Of a stretch of DNA of 64,000 nucleotides, positions 33,601-45,600 are shown piece by piece. The DNA lies in the NCBI GenBank assembly GCA_004431415.1, contig QPMI01000218.1, forward strand, positions 1 to 64,000. The letters run 5' to 3'. The position numbers were made by a program, and so were the translations under genes. The notes under the pieces are model-generated. The model searched no databases, was not told the DNA's origin, and worked only from the letters and a program-made list of their open reading frames with translations. Position 1 is the stretch's first letter; each line of letters opens with the position of its first letter. The stretch comes from Cyanophora paradoxa CCMP329 (Eukaryota; Plantae; Glaucophyta).

Positions 33601-36600
33601 CCGCTCGCCGGCGTCACTGGCACCTGCACGCTGGCGGGGCCGGACGGGGAGCCCGACGGCGAGAGCGGCACAACCGAGAAGACGGCCGGCACGCCGGGCT
33701 GCAGGCCCGTCGCCACGAACGAGTTCGTCTCGCCGGTCGCCGGCACCGTCGCGACCGGCTGGCCGTTCTGGAGGACGGAGTACGACGCCCTGCGCGAAAC
33801 ACGCTTCCGCGTCAGACTCGCGCCGCGAAACACTCGCCCACGCCCCGGGGGCGGGGCGGGCGGGCAGGGCCGGGCACGCACGGGGCGCCGGCGCCGCCCT
33901 GCGGGCGGTTCCACGCGAGCTTGGCGCTGGAGGCCGAGGCCGGCGTGGCCGTGAGGACGAGCCCGGAGCCCGGGTTCGACGGGATGCCCGCGGCAAGGGA
34001 CGGCGACGGAGTGCCCGCAGCGCCACCGGGGCTGATGGGCACGACGCTGAGGTTCGCCACGCCGCCGCGCGGCAGGTCGGAGACGGTTGCGGATGTCTTG
34101 CTGCCCGGGACGGTGCCGACGGAAACGCCGTCCTTCACGATCTGGTAGCTCTGCGGGGCGCCCGTCGCCGGCGGGCTCCACGAGAGGGTGCCCGAGCGCT
34201 GCTTCCGCCCGAGGGCGACACGCTCGTGAGCTGCAGGTTCGAGGGGCGGAGGGCGAGGAGGCGCCGGGCCCGAAGCCCGCGCCGCCGGCCCCGCGTACGG
34301 CGTGACGGGGACTTGCGGGCTGGCCGGGCCGCTCGGCGCGCCCGACGGCGAGAGCGGCACCACCGAGAAGGCCGCGGGGCGTTCGGCTGCAGGCCCGTCG
34401 CAGTGAAGGTGTTCGTGTCGGCGCCCGTCGCGGGCACGGTCGCGATCTGCTGGCCGTTCTTGAGGACAGCGAACCTGAAGGCGCGCACGCAGCCCGCTCA
34501 ATCAGCATAGCCGCCGCAGAAATGGAAGCGAAAGCATTGCGCGGAGCCCGCGCTACGCACTGCGAGGTGGGGCCAGCGCCGCCCTGCGGCCGGTTCCACG
34601 CGAGGCGAGCGCTCGACGCCGAGGCCGGCGTCGCCGTCAGCGTGATGCCCGCACCAGGGCTCGACGGGACGCCCACAGAGAGCGGGGCCGAGGCCGTGCC
34701 CGGCGCGCCGCCCGGTCCCATCGGGACGACGCTGAGCGTCGCCACGCCGTCGCGCGGCAGGTCCGAGACGCTAGTCGAGGTGCTGCTGCCTGGAACGGTG
34801 TCGACGGGGGCGCCGTCCTTCATGATCTGGTAGCTCTGCGGGCGCCCGTCGCCGGGTGGTTCCACGAGAGGGTGCCCGAGGTGCCGCCCAGGAGGCCCGT
34901 CGAGACGTTCGTGAGCTGCACGTTGGACGGAGCAGAAAGGGCGCCCGCGCCCGGCGAGCCCGCGCCGCCGAGGCCGCTCGCCGGCGTCACTGGCACCTGC
35001 ACGCTGGCGGGGCCGGACGGGGAGCCCGACGGCGAGAGCGGCACAACCGAGAAGACGGCCGGCACGCCGGGCTGCAGGCCCGTCGCCACGAACGAGTTCG
35101 TCTCGCCGGTCGCCGGCACCGTCGCGACCGGCTGGCCGTTCTGGAGGACGGAGTACGACGCCCTGCGCGAAACACGCTTCCGCGTCAGACTCGCGCCGCG
35201 AAACACCCGCCCACGCCCCGGGGGCGGGGCGGGCGGGCAGGGCCGGGCACGCACGGGGCGCCGGCGCCGCCCTGCGGGCGGTTCCACGCGAGCTTGGCGC
35301 TGGAGGCCGAGGCCGGCGTGGCCGTGAGGACGAGCCCGGAGCCCGGGTTCGACGGGATGCCCGCGGCAAGGGACGGCGACGGAGTGCCCGCAGCGCCACC
35401 GGGGCTGATGGGCACGACGCTGAGGTTCGCCACGCCGCCGCGCGGCAGGTCGGAGACGGTTGCGGATGTCTTGCTGCCCGGGACGGTGCCGACGGAAACG
35501 CCGTCCTTCACGATCTGGTAGCTCTGCGGGGCGCCCGTCGCCGGCGGGCTCCACGAGAGGGTGCCCGAGGCGCTGCTTCCGCCCGAGGGCGACACGCTCG
35601 TGAGCTGCAGGTTCGAGGGGCGGAGGGCGAGGAGGCGCCGGGCCCGAAGCCCGCGCCGCCGGCCCCGCGTACGGCGTGACGGGGACTTGCGGGCTGGCCG
35701 GGCCGCTCGGCGCGCCCGACGGCGAGAGCGGCACCACCGAGAAGGCCGCGGGGGCGTTCGGCTGCAGGCCCGTCGCAGTGAAGGTGTTCGTGTCGGCGCC
35801 CGTCGCGGGCACGGTCGCGATCTGCTGGCCGTTCTTGAGGACAGCGAACCTGAAGGCGCGCACGCAGCCCGCTCAATCAGCATAGCCGCCGCAGAAATGG
35901 AAGCGAAAGCATTGCGCGGAGCCCGCGCTACGCTCTGCGAGGTGGGGCCAGCGCCGCCCTGCGGCCGGTTCCACGCGAGGCGAGCGCTCGACGCCGAGGC
36001 CGGCGTCGCCGTCAGCGTGATGCCCGCACCAGGGCTCGACGGGACGCCCACAGAGAGCGGGGCCGAGGCCGTGCCCGGCGCGCCGCCCGGTCCCATCGGG
36101 ACGACGCTGAGCGTCGCCACGCCGTCGCGCGGCAGGTCCGAGACGCTAGTCGAGGTGCTGCTGCCTGGAACGGTGTCGACGGGGCGCCGTCCTTCATGAT
36201 CTGGTAGCTCTGCGGGGCGCCCGTCGCCGGGTGGTTCCACGAGAGGGTGCCCGAGGTGCCGCCCAGGAGGCCCGTCGAGACGTTCGTGAGCTGCACGTTG
36301 GACGGAGCAGAAAGGGCGCCCGCGCCCGGCGAGCCCGCGCCGCCGAGGCCGCTCGCCGGCGTCACTGGCACCTGCACGCTGGCGGGGCCGGACGGGGAGC
36401 CCGACGGCGAGAGCGGCACAACCGAGAAGACGGCCGGCACGCCGGGCTGCAGGCCCGTCGCCACGAACGAGTTCGTCTCGCCGGTCGCCGGCACCGTCGC
36501 GACCGGCTGGCCGTTCTGGAGGACGGAGTACGACGCCCTGCGCGAAACACGCTTCCGCGTCAGACTCGCGCCGCGAAACACTCGCCCACGCCCGGGGCGG

Positions 36601-39600
36601 GGCGGGCGGGCAGGGCCGGGCACGCACGGGGCGCCGGCGCCGCCTGCGGGCGGTTCCACGCGAGCTTGGCGCTGGAGGCCGAGGCCGGCGTGGCCGTGAG
36701 GACGAGCCCGGAGCCCGGGTTCGACGGGATGCCCGCGGCAAGGGACGGCGACGGAGTGCCCGCAGCGCCACCGGGCTGATGGGCACGACGCTGAGGTTCG
36801 CCACGCCGCCGCGCGGCAGGTCGGAGACGGTTGCGGATGTCTTGCTGCCCGGGACGGTGCCGACGGAAACGCCGTCCTTCACGATCTGGTAGCTCTGCGG
36901 GGCGCCGTCGCCGGCGGCTCCACGAGAGGGTGCCCGAGGCGCTGCTTCCGCCCGAGGGCGACACGCTCGTGAGCTGCAGGTTCGAGGGGCGGAGGGCGAG
37001 GAGGCGCCGGGCCCGAAGCCCGCGCCGCCGGCCCCCGCGTACGGCGTGACGGGGACTTGCGGGCTGGCCGGGCCGCTCGGCGCGCCCGACGGCGAGAGCG
37101 GCACCACCGAGAAGGCCGCGGGGCGTTCGGCTGCAGGCCCGTCGCAGTGAAGGTGTTCGTGTCGGCGCCCGTCGCGGGCACGGTCGCGATCTGCTGGCCG
37201 TTCTTGAGGACAGCGAACCTGAAGGCGCGCACGCAGCCCGCTCAATCAGCATAGCCGCCGCAGAAATGGAAGCGAAAGCATTGCGCGGAGCCCGCGCTAC
37301 GCACTGCGAGGTGGGGCCAGCGCCGCCCTGCGGCCGGTTCCACGCGAGGCGAGCGCTCGACGCCGAGGCCGGCGTCGCCGTCAGCGTGATGCCCGCACCA
37401 GGGCTCGACGGGACGCCCACAGAGAGCGGGGCCGAGGCCGTGCCCGGCGCGCCGCCCGGTCCCATCGGGACGACGCTGAGCGTCGCCACGCCGTCGCGCG
37501 GCAGGTCCGAGACGCTAGTCGAGGTGCTGCTGCCTGGAACGGTGTCGACGGGGGCGCCGTCCTTCATGATCTGGTAGCTCTGCGGGGCGCCCGTCGCCGG
37601 GTGGTTCCACGAGAGGGTGCCCGAGGTGCCGCCCAAGAGGCCCGTCGAGACGTTCGTGAGCTGCACGTTGGACGGAGCAGAGGGGGCGCCCGCGCCCGGC
37701 GAGCCCGCGCCGCCGAGGCCGCTCGCCGGCGTCACTGGCACCTGCACGCTGGCGGGGCCGGACGGGGAGCCCGACGGCGAGAGCGGCACAACCGAGAAGA
37801 CGGCCGGCACGCCGGGCTGCAGGCCCGTCGCCACGAACGAGTTCGTCTCGCCGGTCGCCGGCACCGTCGCGACCGGCTGGCCGTTCTGGAGGACGGAGTA
37901 CGACGCCCTGCGCGAAACACGCTTCCGCGTCAGACTCGCGCCGCGAAACACCGCCCACGCCCGGGGCGGGGCGGGCGGGCAGGGCGGGCACGCACGGGGC
38001 GCCGGCGCCGCCCTGCGGGCGGTTCCACGCGAGCTTGGCGCTGGAGGCCGAGGCCGGCGTGGCCGTGAGGACGAGCCCGGAGCCCGGGTTCGACGGGATG
38101 CCCGCGGCAAGGGACGGCGACGGAGTGCCCGCGGCGCCACCGGGGCTGATGGGCACGACGCTGAGGTTCGCCACGCCGCCGCGCGGCAGGTCGGAGACGG
38201 TTGCGGATGTCTTGCTGCCCGGACGGTGCCGACGGAAACGCCGTCCTTCACGATCTGGTAGCTCTGCGGGGCGCCCGTCGCCGGCGGGCTCCACGAGAGG
38301 GTGCCCGAGGCGCTGCTTCGCCCGAGGGCGACACGCTCGTGAGCTGCAGGTTCGAGGGGCGGAGGGCGAGGAGGCGCCGGGCCCGAAGCCCGCGCCGGCC
38401 CCCGCGTACGGCGTGACGGGGACTTGCGGCTGGCCGGGCCGCTCGGCGCGCCCGACGGCGAGAGCGGCACCACCGAGAAGGCCGCGGGGGCGTTTGGCTG
38501 CAGGCCCGTCGCAGTGAAGGTGTTCGTGTCGGCGCCGTCGCGGGCACGGTCGCGATCTGCTGGCCGTTCTTGAGGACAGCGAACCTGAAGGCGCGCACGC
38601 AGCCGCTCAATCAGCATAGCCGCCGCAGAAATGGAAGCGAAAGCATTGCGCGGAGCCCGCGCTACGCACTGCGAGGTGGGGCCAGCGCGCCCTGCGGCCG
38701 GTTCCACGCGAGGCGAGCGCTCGACGCCGAGGCCGGCGTCGCCGTCAGCGTGATGCCCGCACCAGGGCTCGACGGGACGCCCACAGAGAGCGGGGCCGAG
38801 GCCGTGCCCGGCGCGCCGCCCGGTCCCGTCGGGACGACGCTGAGCGTCGCCACGCCGTCGCGCGGCAGGTCCGAGACGCTAGTCGAGGTGCTGCTGCCTG
38901 GAACGGTGTCGACGGGGGCGCCGTCCTTCATGATCTGGTAGCTCTGCGGGGCGCCCGTCGCCGGGTGGTTCACGAGAGGGTGCCCGAGGTGCCGCCCAGG
39001 AGGCCCGTCGAGACGTTCGTGAGCTGCACGTTGGACGGAGCAGAAAGGGCGCCCGCGCCCGGCGAGCCCGCGCCGCCGAGGCCGCTCGCCGGCGTCACTG
39101 GCACCTGCACGCTGGCGGGGCCGGACGGGGATCCCGACGGCGAGAGCGGCACAACCGAGAAGACGGCCGGCGCGCCGGGCTGCAGGCCCGTCGCCACGAA
39201 CGAGTTCGTCTCGCCGGTCGCCGGCACCGTCGCGACCGGCTGGCCGTTCTGGAGGACGGAGTACGACGCCCTGCGCGAAACACGCCTCCGCGTCAGACTC
39301 GCGCCGCGAAACACCCGCCCAAGCCCCGGGGGCGGGGCGGGCGGGCAGGGCGGGGCACGCACGGGGCGCCGGCGCCGCCCTGCGGGCGGTTCCACGCGAG
39401 CTTGGCGCTGGAGGCCGAGGCCGGCGTGGCCGTGAGGACGAGCCCGGAGCCCGGGTTCGACGGGATGCCCGCGGCAAGGGACGGCGACGGAGTGCCCGCA
39501 GCGCCACCGGGGCTGATGGGCACGACGCTGAGGTTCGCCACGCCGCCGCGCGGCAGGTCGGAGACGGTTGCGGATGTCTTGCTGCCCGGGACGGTGCCGA

Positions 39601-42600
39601 CGGAAACGCCGTCCTTTATGACCTGGTAGCTCTGCGGGGCGCCGGCGGCCGGCGGGCTCCACGAGAGGGTGGCCGAGGTGCCGCCCATGAGGCCCGAGGA
39701 GACGTTGGTGAGCTGCAGGTTCGAGGGGGCGGAGGGCGAGGAGGCGCCGGGCCCAAAGCCCGCGCCGCCGGCCCCCGCGTACGGCGTGACGGGGACTTGC
39801 GGGCTGGCCGGGCCGCTCGGCGCGCCGACGGAGAGAGCGGCACCACCAAGAAGACGGCGGGCGCGCCGGGCTGCAGGCCCGTCGCCGTGAAGGTGTTCGG
39901 TCCGGCGCCTGCTGCGGGACGGTCGCGACCTGCTGTCCGTTCGCAAGGACGGCAAACCTGCAGGCGCACGCGCGGGCGGACAAGTCAGCATGCGCATGGC
40001 CGCGAAATTAAACCCGCGCAGTTTCGCGGGGTCCCCCCCCACGCACTGCGAGGTGGGGCCAGCGCCGCCCTGCGGCCGGTTCCACGCGAGGCGAGCGCTC
40101 GACGCCGAGGCCGGCGTCGCCGTCAGCGTGATGCCCGCACCAGGGCTCGACGGGACGCCCACAGAGAGCGGGGCCGAGGCCGTGCCCGGCGCGCCGCCCG
40201 GTCCCGTCGGGACGACGCTGAGCGTCGCCACGCCGTCGCGCGGCAGGTCCGAGACGCTAGTCGAGGTGCTGCTGCCTGGAACGGTGTCGACGGGGGCGCC
40301 GTCCTTCATGATCTGGTAGCTCTGCGGGGCGCCCGTCGCCGGGTGGTTCCACGAGAGGGTGCCCGAGGTGCCGCCCAAGAGGCCCGTCGAGACGTTCGTG
40401 AGCTGCACGTTGGACGGAGCAGAGGGGGCGCCCGCGCCCGGCGAGCCCGCGCCGCCGAGGCCGCTCGCCGGCGTCACTGGCACCTGCACGCTGGCGGGGC
40501 CGGACGGGGAGCCCGACGGCGAGAGCGGCACAACCGAGAAGACGGCCGGCGCGCCGGGCTGCAGGCCCGTCGCCACGAACGAGTTCGTCTCGCCGGTCGC
40601 CGGCACCGTCGCGACCGCTGGCCGTTCTGGAGGACGGAGTACGACGCCCTGCGCGAAACACGCTTCCGCGTCAGACTCGCGCCGCGAAACACCCGCCCAC
40701 GCCCGGGGCGGGCGGCGGGCAGGGCGGGCACGCACGGGCGCCGGCGCCGCCTGCGGGCGGTTCCACGCGAGCTTGGCGCTGGAGGCCGAGGCCGGCGTGG
40801 CCGTGAGGACGAGCCGGAGCCCGGGTTCGACGGGATGCCCGCGGCAAGGGACGGCGACGGAGTGCCCGCAGCGCCACCGGGCTGATGGGCACGACGCTGA
40901 GGTTCGCCACGCCGCCGCGCGGCAGGTCGGAGACGGTTGCGGATGTCTTGCTGCCGGGACGGTGCCGACGGAAACGCCGTCCTTCACGATCTGGTAGCTC
41001 TGCGGGGCGCCCGTCGCCGGCGGCTCACGAGAGGGTGCCGAGGCGCTGCTTCGCCGAGGGCGACACGCTCGTGAGCTGCAGGTTCGAGGGGCGGAGGCGA
41101 GGAGGCGCCGGGCCCGAAGCCCGCGCCGCCGGCCCCCGCGTACGGCGTGACGGGGACTTGCGGGCTGGCCGGGCCGCTCGGCGCGCCCGACGGCGAGAGC
41201 GGCACCACCGAGAAGGCCGCGGGGGCGTTCGGCTGCAGGCCCGTCGCAGTGAAGGTGTTCGGTCCGGCGCCTGCTGCGGGGACGGTCGCGATCTGCTGGC
41301 CGTTCTTGAGGACAGCGAACCTGAAGGCGCGCACGCAGCCCGCTCAATCAGCATAGCCGCCGCAGAAATGGAAGCGAAAGCATTGCGCGGAGCCCGCGCT
41401 ACGCACTGCGAGGTGGGGCCAGCGCCGCCCTGCGGCCGGTTCCACGCGAGGCGAGCGCTCGACGCCGAGGCCGGCGTCGCCGTCAGCGTGATGCCCGCAC
41501 CAGGGCTCGACGGGACGCCCACAGAGAGCGGGGCCGAGGCCGTGCCCGGCGCGCCGCCCGGTCCCGTCGGGACGACGCTGAGCGTCGCCACGCCGTCGCG
41601 CGGCAGGTCAGAGACGCTAGTCGAGGTGCTGCTGCCTGGAACGGTGTCGACGGGGGCGCCGTCCTTCATAATCTGGTAGCTCTGCGGGGCGCCCGTCGCC
41701 GGGTGGTTCCACGAGAGGGTGCCCGAGGTGCCGCCCAGGAGGCCCGTCGAGACGTTCGTGAGCTGCACGTTGGACGGAGCAGAGGGGGCGCCCGCGCCCG
41801 GCGAGCCCGCGCCGCCGAGGCCGCTCGCCGGCGTCACTGGCACCTGCACGCTGGCGGGGCGGACGGGGAGCCCGACGGCGAGAGCGGCACAACCGAGAAG
41901 ACGGCCGGCGCGCCGGGCTGCAGGCCCGTCGCCACGAACGAGTTCGTCTCGCCGGTCGCCGGCACCGTCGCGACCGGCTGGCCGTTCTGGAGGACGGAGT
42001 ACGACGCCCTGCGCGAAACACGCCTCCGCGTCAGACTCGCGCCGCGAAACACCCGCCCAAGCCCGGGGCGGGGCGGGCGGCAGGGCGGGGCACGCACGGG
42101 CGCCGGCGCCGCCTGCGGGCGGTTCCACGCGAGCTTGGCGCTGGAGGCCGAGGCCGGCGTGGCCGTGAGGACGAGCCCGGAGCCCGGGTTCGACGGGATG
42201 CCCGCGGCAAGGGACGGCGACGGAGTGCCCGCAGCGCCACCGGGGCTGATGGGCACGACGCTGAGGTTCGCCACGCCGCCGCGCGGCAGGTCGGAGACGG
42301 TTGCGGATGTCTTGCTGCCCGGGACGGTGCCGACGGAAACGCCGTCCTTTATGACCTGGTAGCTCTGCGGGGCGCCGGCGGCCGGCGGGCTCCACGAGAG
42401 GGTGGCCGAGGTGCCGCCCATGAGGCCCGAGGAGACGTTGGTGAGCTGCAGGTTCGAGGGGGCGGAGGGCGAGGAGGCGCCGGGCCCAAAGCCCGCGCCG
42501 CCGGCCCCCGCGTACGGCGTGACGGGGACTTGCGGGCTGGCCGGGCCGCTCGGCGCGCCCGACGGAGAGAGCGGCACCACCAAGAAGACGGCGGGCGCGC

Positions 42601-45600
42601 CGGGCTGCAGGCCCGTCGCCGTGAAGGTGTTCGGTCCGGCGCCTGCTGCGGGGACGGTCGCGACCTGCTGTCCGTTCGCAAGGACGGCAAACCTGCAGGC
42701 GCACGCGCGGGCGGACAAGTCAGCATGCGCATGGCCGCGAAATTAAACCCGCGCAGTTTCGCGGGGTCCCCCCACGCACTGCGAGGTGGGGCCAGCGCCG
42801 CCCTGCGGCCGGTTCCACGCGAGGCGAGCGCTCGACGCCGAGGCCGGCGTCGCCGTCAGCGTGATGCCCGCACCAGGGCTCGACGGGACGCCCACAGAGA
42901 GCGGGCCGAGGCCGTGCCGGCGCGCCGCCCGGTCCGTCGGGACGACGCTGAGCGTCGCCACGCCGTCGCGCGGCAGGTCCGAGACGCTAGTCGAGGTGCT
43001 GCTGCCTGGAACGGTGTCGACGGGGCGCCGTCCTTCATGATCTGGTAGCTCTGCGGGGCGCCCGTCGCCGGGTGGTTCCACGAGAGGGTGCCCGAGGTGC
43101 CGCCCAAGAGGCCCGTCGAGACGTTCGTGAGCTGCACGTTGGACGGAGCAGAGGGGGCGCCCGCGCCCGGCGAGCCCGCGCCGCCGAGGCCGCTCGCCGG
43201 CGTCACTGGCACCTGCACGCTGGCGGGGCCGGACGGGGAGCCCGACGGCGAGAGCGGCACAACCGAGAAGACGGCCGGCGCGCCGGGCTGCAGGCCCGTC
43301 GCCACGAACGAGTTCGTCTCGCCGGTCGCCGGCACCGTCGCGACCGGCTGGCCGTTCTGGAGGACGGAGTACGACGCCTGCGCGAAACACGCTTCCGCGT
43401 CAGACTCGCGCCGCGAAACACCCGCCCACGCCCGGGGCGGGCGGCGGGCAGGGCGGGGCACGCACGGGGCGCCGGCGCCGCCCTGCGGGCGGTTCCACGC
43501 GAGCTTGGCGCTGGAGGCCGAGGCCGGCGTGGCCGTGAGGACGAGCTCGGAGCCCGGGTTTGACGGGATGCCCGCGGCAAGGGACGGCGACGGAGTGCCC
43601 GCAGCGCCACCGGGGCTGATGGGCACGACGCTGAGGTTCGCCACGCCGCCGCGCGGCAGGTCGGAGACGGTTGCGGATGTCTTGCTGCCCGGGACGGTGC
43701 CGACGGAAACGCCGTCCTTCACGATCTGGTAGCTCTGCGGGGCGCCCGTCGCCGGCGGGCTCCACGAGAGGGTGCCCGAGGTGCCGCCCATGAGGCCCGA
43801 GGAGACGTTGGTGAGCTGCAGGTTCGAGGGGGCGGAGGGCGAGGAGGCGCCGGGCCCAAAGCCCGCGCCGCCGGCCCCCGCGTACGGCGTGACGGGGACT
43901 TGCGGGCTGGCCGGGCCGCTCGGCGCGCCCGACGGAGAGAGCGGCACCACCAAGAAGACGGCGGGCGCGCCGGGCTGCAGGCCCGTCGCCGTGAAGGTGT
44001 TCGGTCCGGCGCCTGCTGCGGGGACGGTCGCGACCTGCTGTCCGTTCGCAAGGACGGCAAACCTGCAGGCGCACGCGCGGGCGGACAAGTCAGCATGCGC
44101 ATGGCCGCGAAATTAAACCCGCGCAGTTTCGCGGGGTCCCCCCCCACGCACTGCGAGGTGGGGCCAGCGCCGCCCTGCGGCCGGTTCCACGCGAGGCGAG
44201 CGCTCGACGCCGAGGCCGGCGTCGCCGTCAGCGTGATGCCCGCACCAGGGCTCGACGGGACGCCCACAGAGAGCGGGGCCGAGGCCGTGCCCGGCGCGCC
44301 GCCCGGTCCCATCGGGACGACGCTGAGCGTCGCCACGCCGTCGCGCGGCAGGTCCGAGACGCTAGTCGAGGTGCTGCTGCCTGGAACGGTGTCGGCGGGG
44401 GCGCCGTCCTTCATGATCTGGTAGCTCTGCGGGGCGCCGGCGGCCGGCGGGCTCCACGAGAGGGTGGCCGAGGTGCCGCCCAGGAGGCCCGAGGAGACGT
44501 TGGTGAGCTGCAGGTTCGAGGGGGCGGCGGGGGATCCCGCGCCAGCGCCAGCGCCCGGACCCGCGGGGCCGAGGCCGCTCGAGGGCGTCACCGGCACCTT
44601 GCCTACATCTAAAGCACTTGAAATGAATTTCGCGCGAGAAGTGTAGACGTAGGCAGCGGCAGCAAGTACTGCAGCGGCGCCAACCCCCGCCGTGATTCCT
44701 GCAATCAACGATTTCGTCTTCGAATCGTTCGATTCCTTCATAATTTAGAGAAAAGCAAGAAAGAGTCATGATCAGACATCCGCGCTTGCGAGGCCGCGAA
44801 TCATCAACAGTAAATGGTACCTGCTCTTTGTTGTCATCCGTTGGCGCAGTCCAGCCCACAATAGAATTTGCTCCAAAAGATGCAGCACTAGGAATTAGCC
44901 TTCCAACAGTGAACGTTGTCTGCAGTCAGGATCAGCAGCATATTTGCACCAGAGCTAGGAAGCTGAATATTCAACCCACCAGATGTGTACACCGCCCCCT
45001 AGCATACCAGGTCCCCTGTACATGTCAAATTACGATCGCCGCGACGCATCAGCCGTTTGATTTGATCTCGCAGAGAGGCCGCGATTGCGAAATTTAAAAA
45101 GCGCGCACGTTCCGCACGAAAATGTCTCCGGGGCTGGCGACGTCCTCCGCCTCTCCGAGGGCCATGTTGACGTCCGGGCCGCAGCGGTCCCAGCTCAGCC
45201 GCGTCGCGTTCCAAAACAGCAGCACCACGGGGCTTGTCGGCTGCGTCTTCTGTGTCGGCGGGTAGGGGATTTCTATGATGATTGGTAGACTTGAATCGAG
45301 TCCGTAAATCCGCGCTCTGTTTAGCGTTAGTCGAAAATCGCAATTGCCGTACTGTGACGTGAATTACCCCAAAACGGATACATCCACAAACCCGCCCACG
45401 AGCTCCGCGCGAAGAGACGGGCCGCCGTCGAAGGGTTTATTTTCCGTTGAATACTGTTGAACGCAATAAGAGAAGTTAAGAGGCAGCTAATTTCAAATTC
45501 TGCGCACCGGATTCCTTGCTATAGTCATGCAAGCAACCGCGAAACCGTCCGTGTTATTTGTCGGAACAAAAGCTTTGATTCCCTTTGGCAGAAACACTCT

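Noticed and set aside
28790-44597. FN3 array as a decayed pseudogene, satellite or CRISPR array
   Set aside because: The indels are sporadic 1-bp losses mostly in homopolymers, no nonsense substitutions were noticed, and the units are coding with introns and have no unique spacers.
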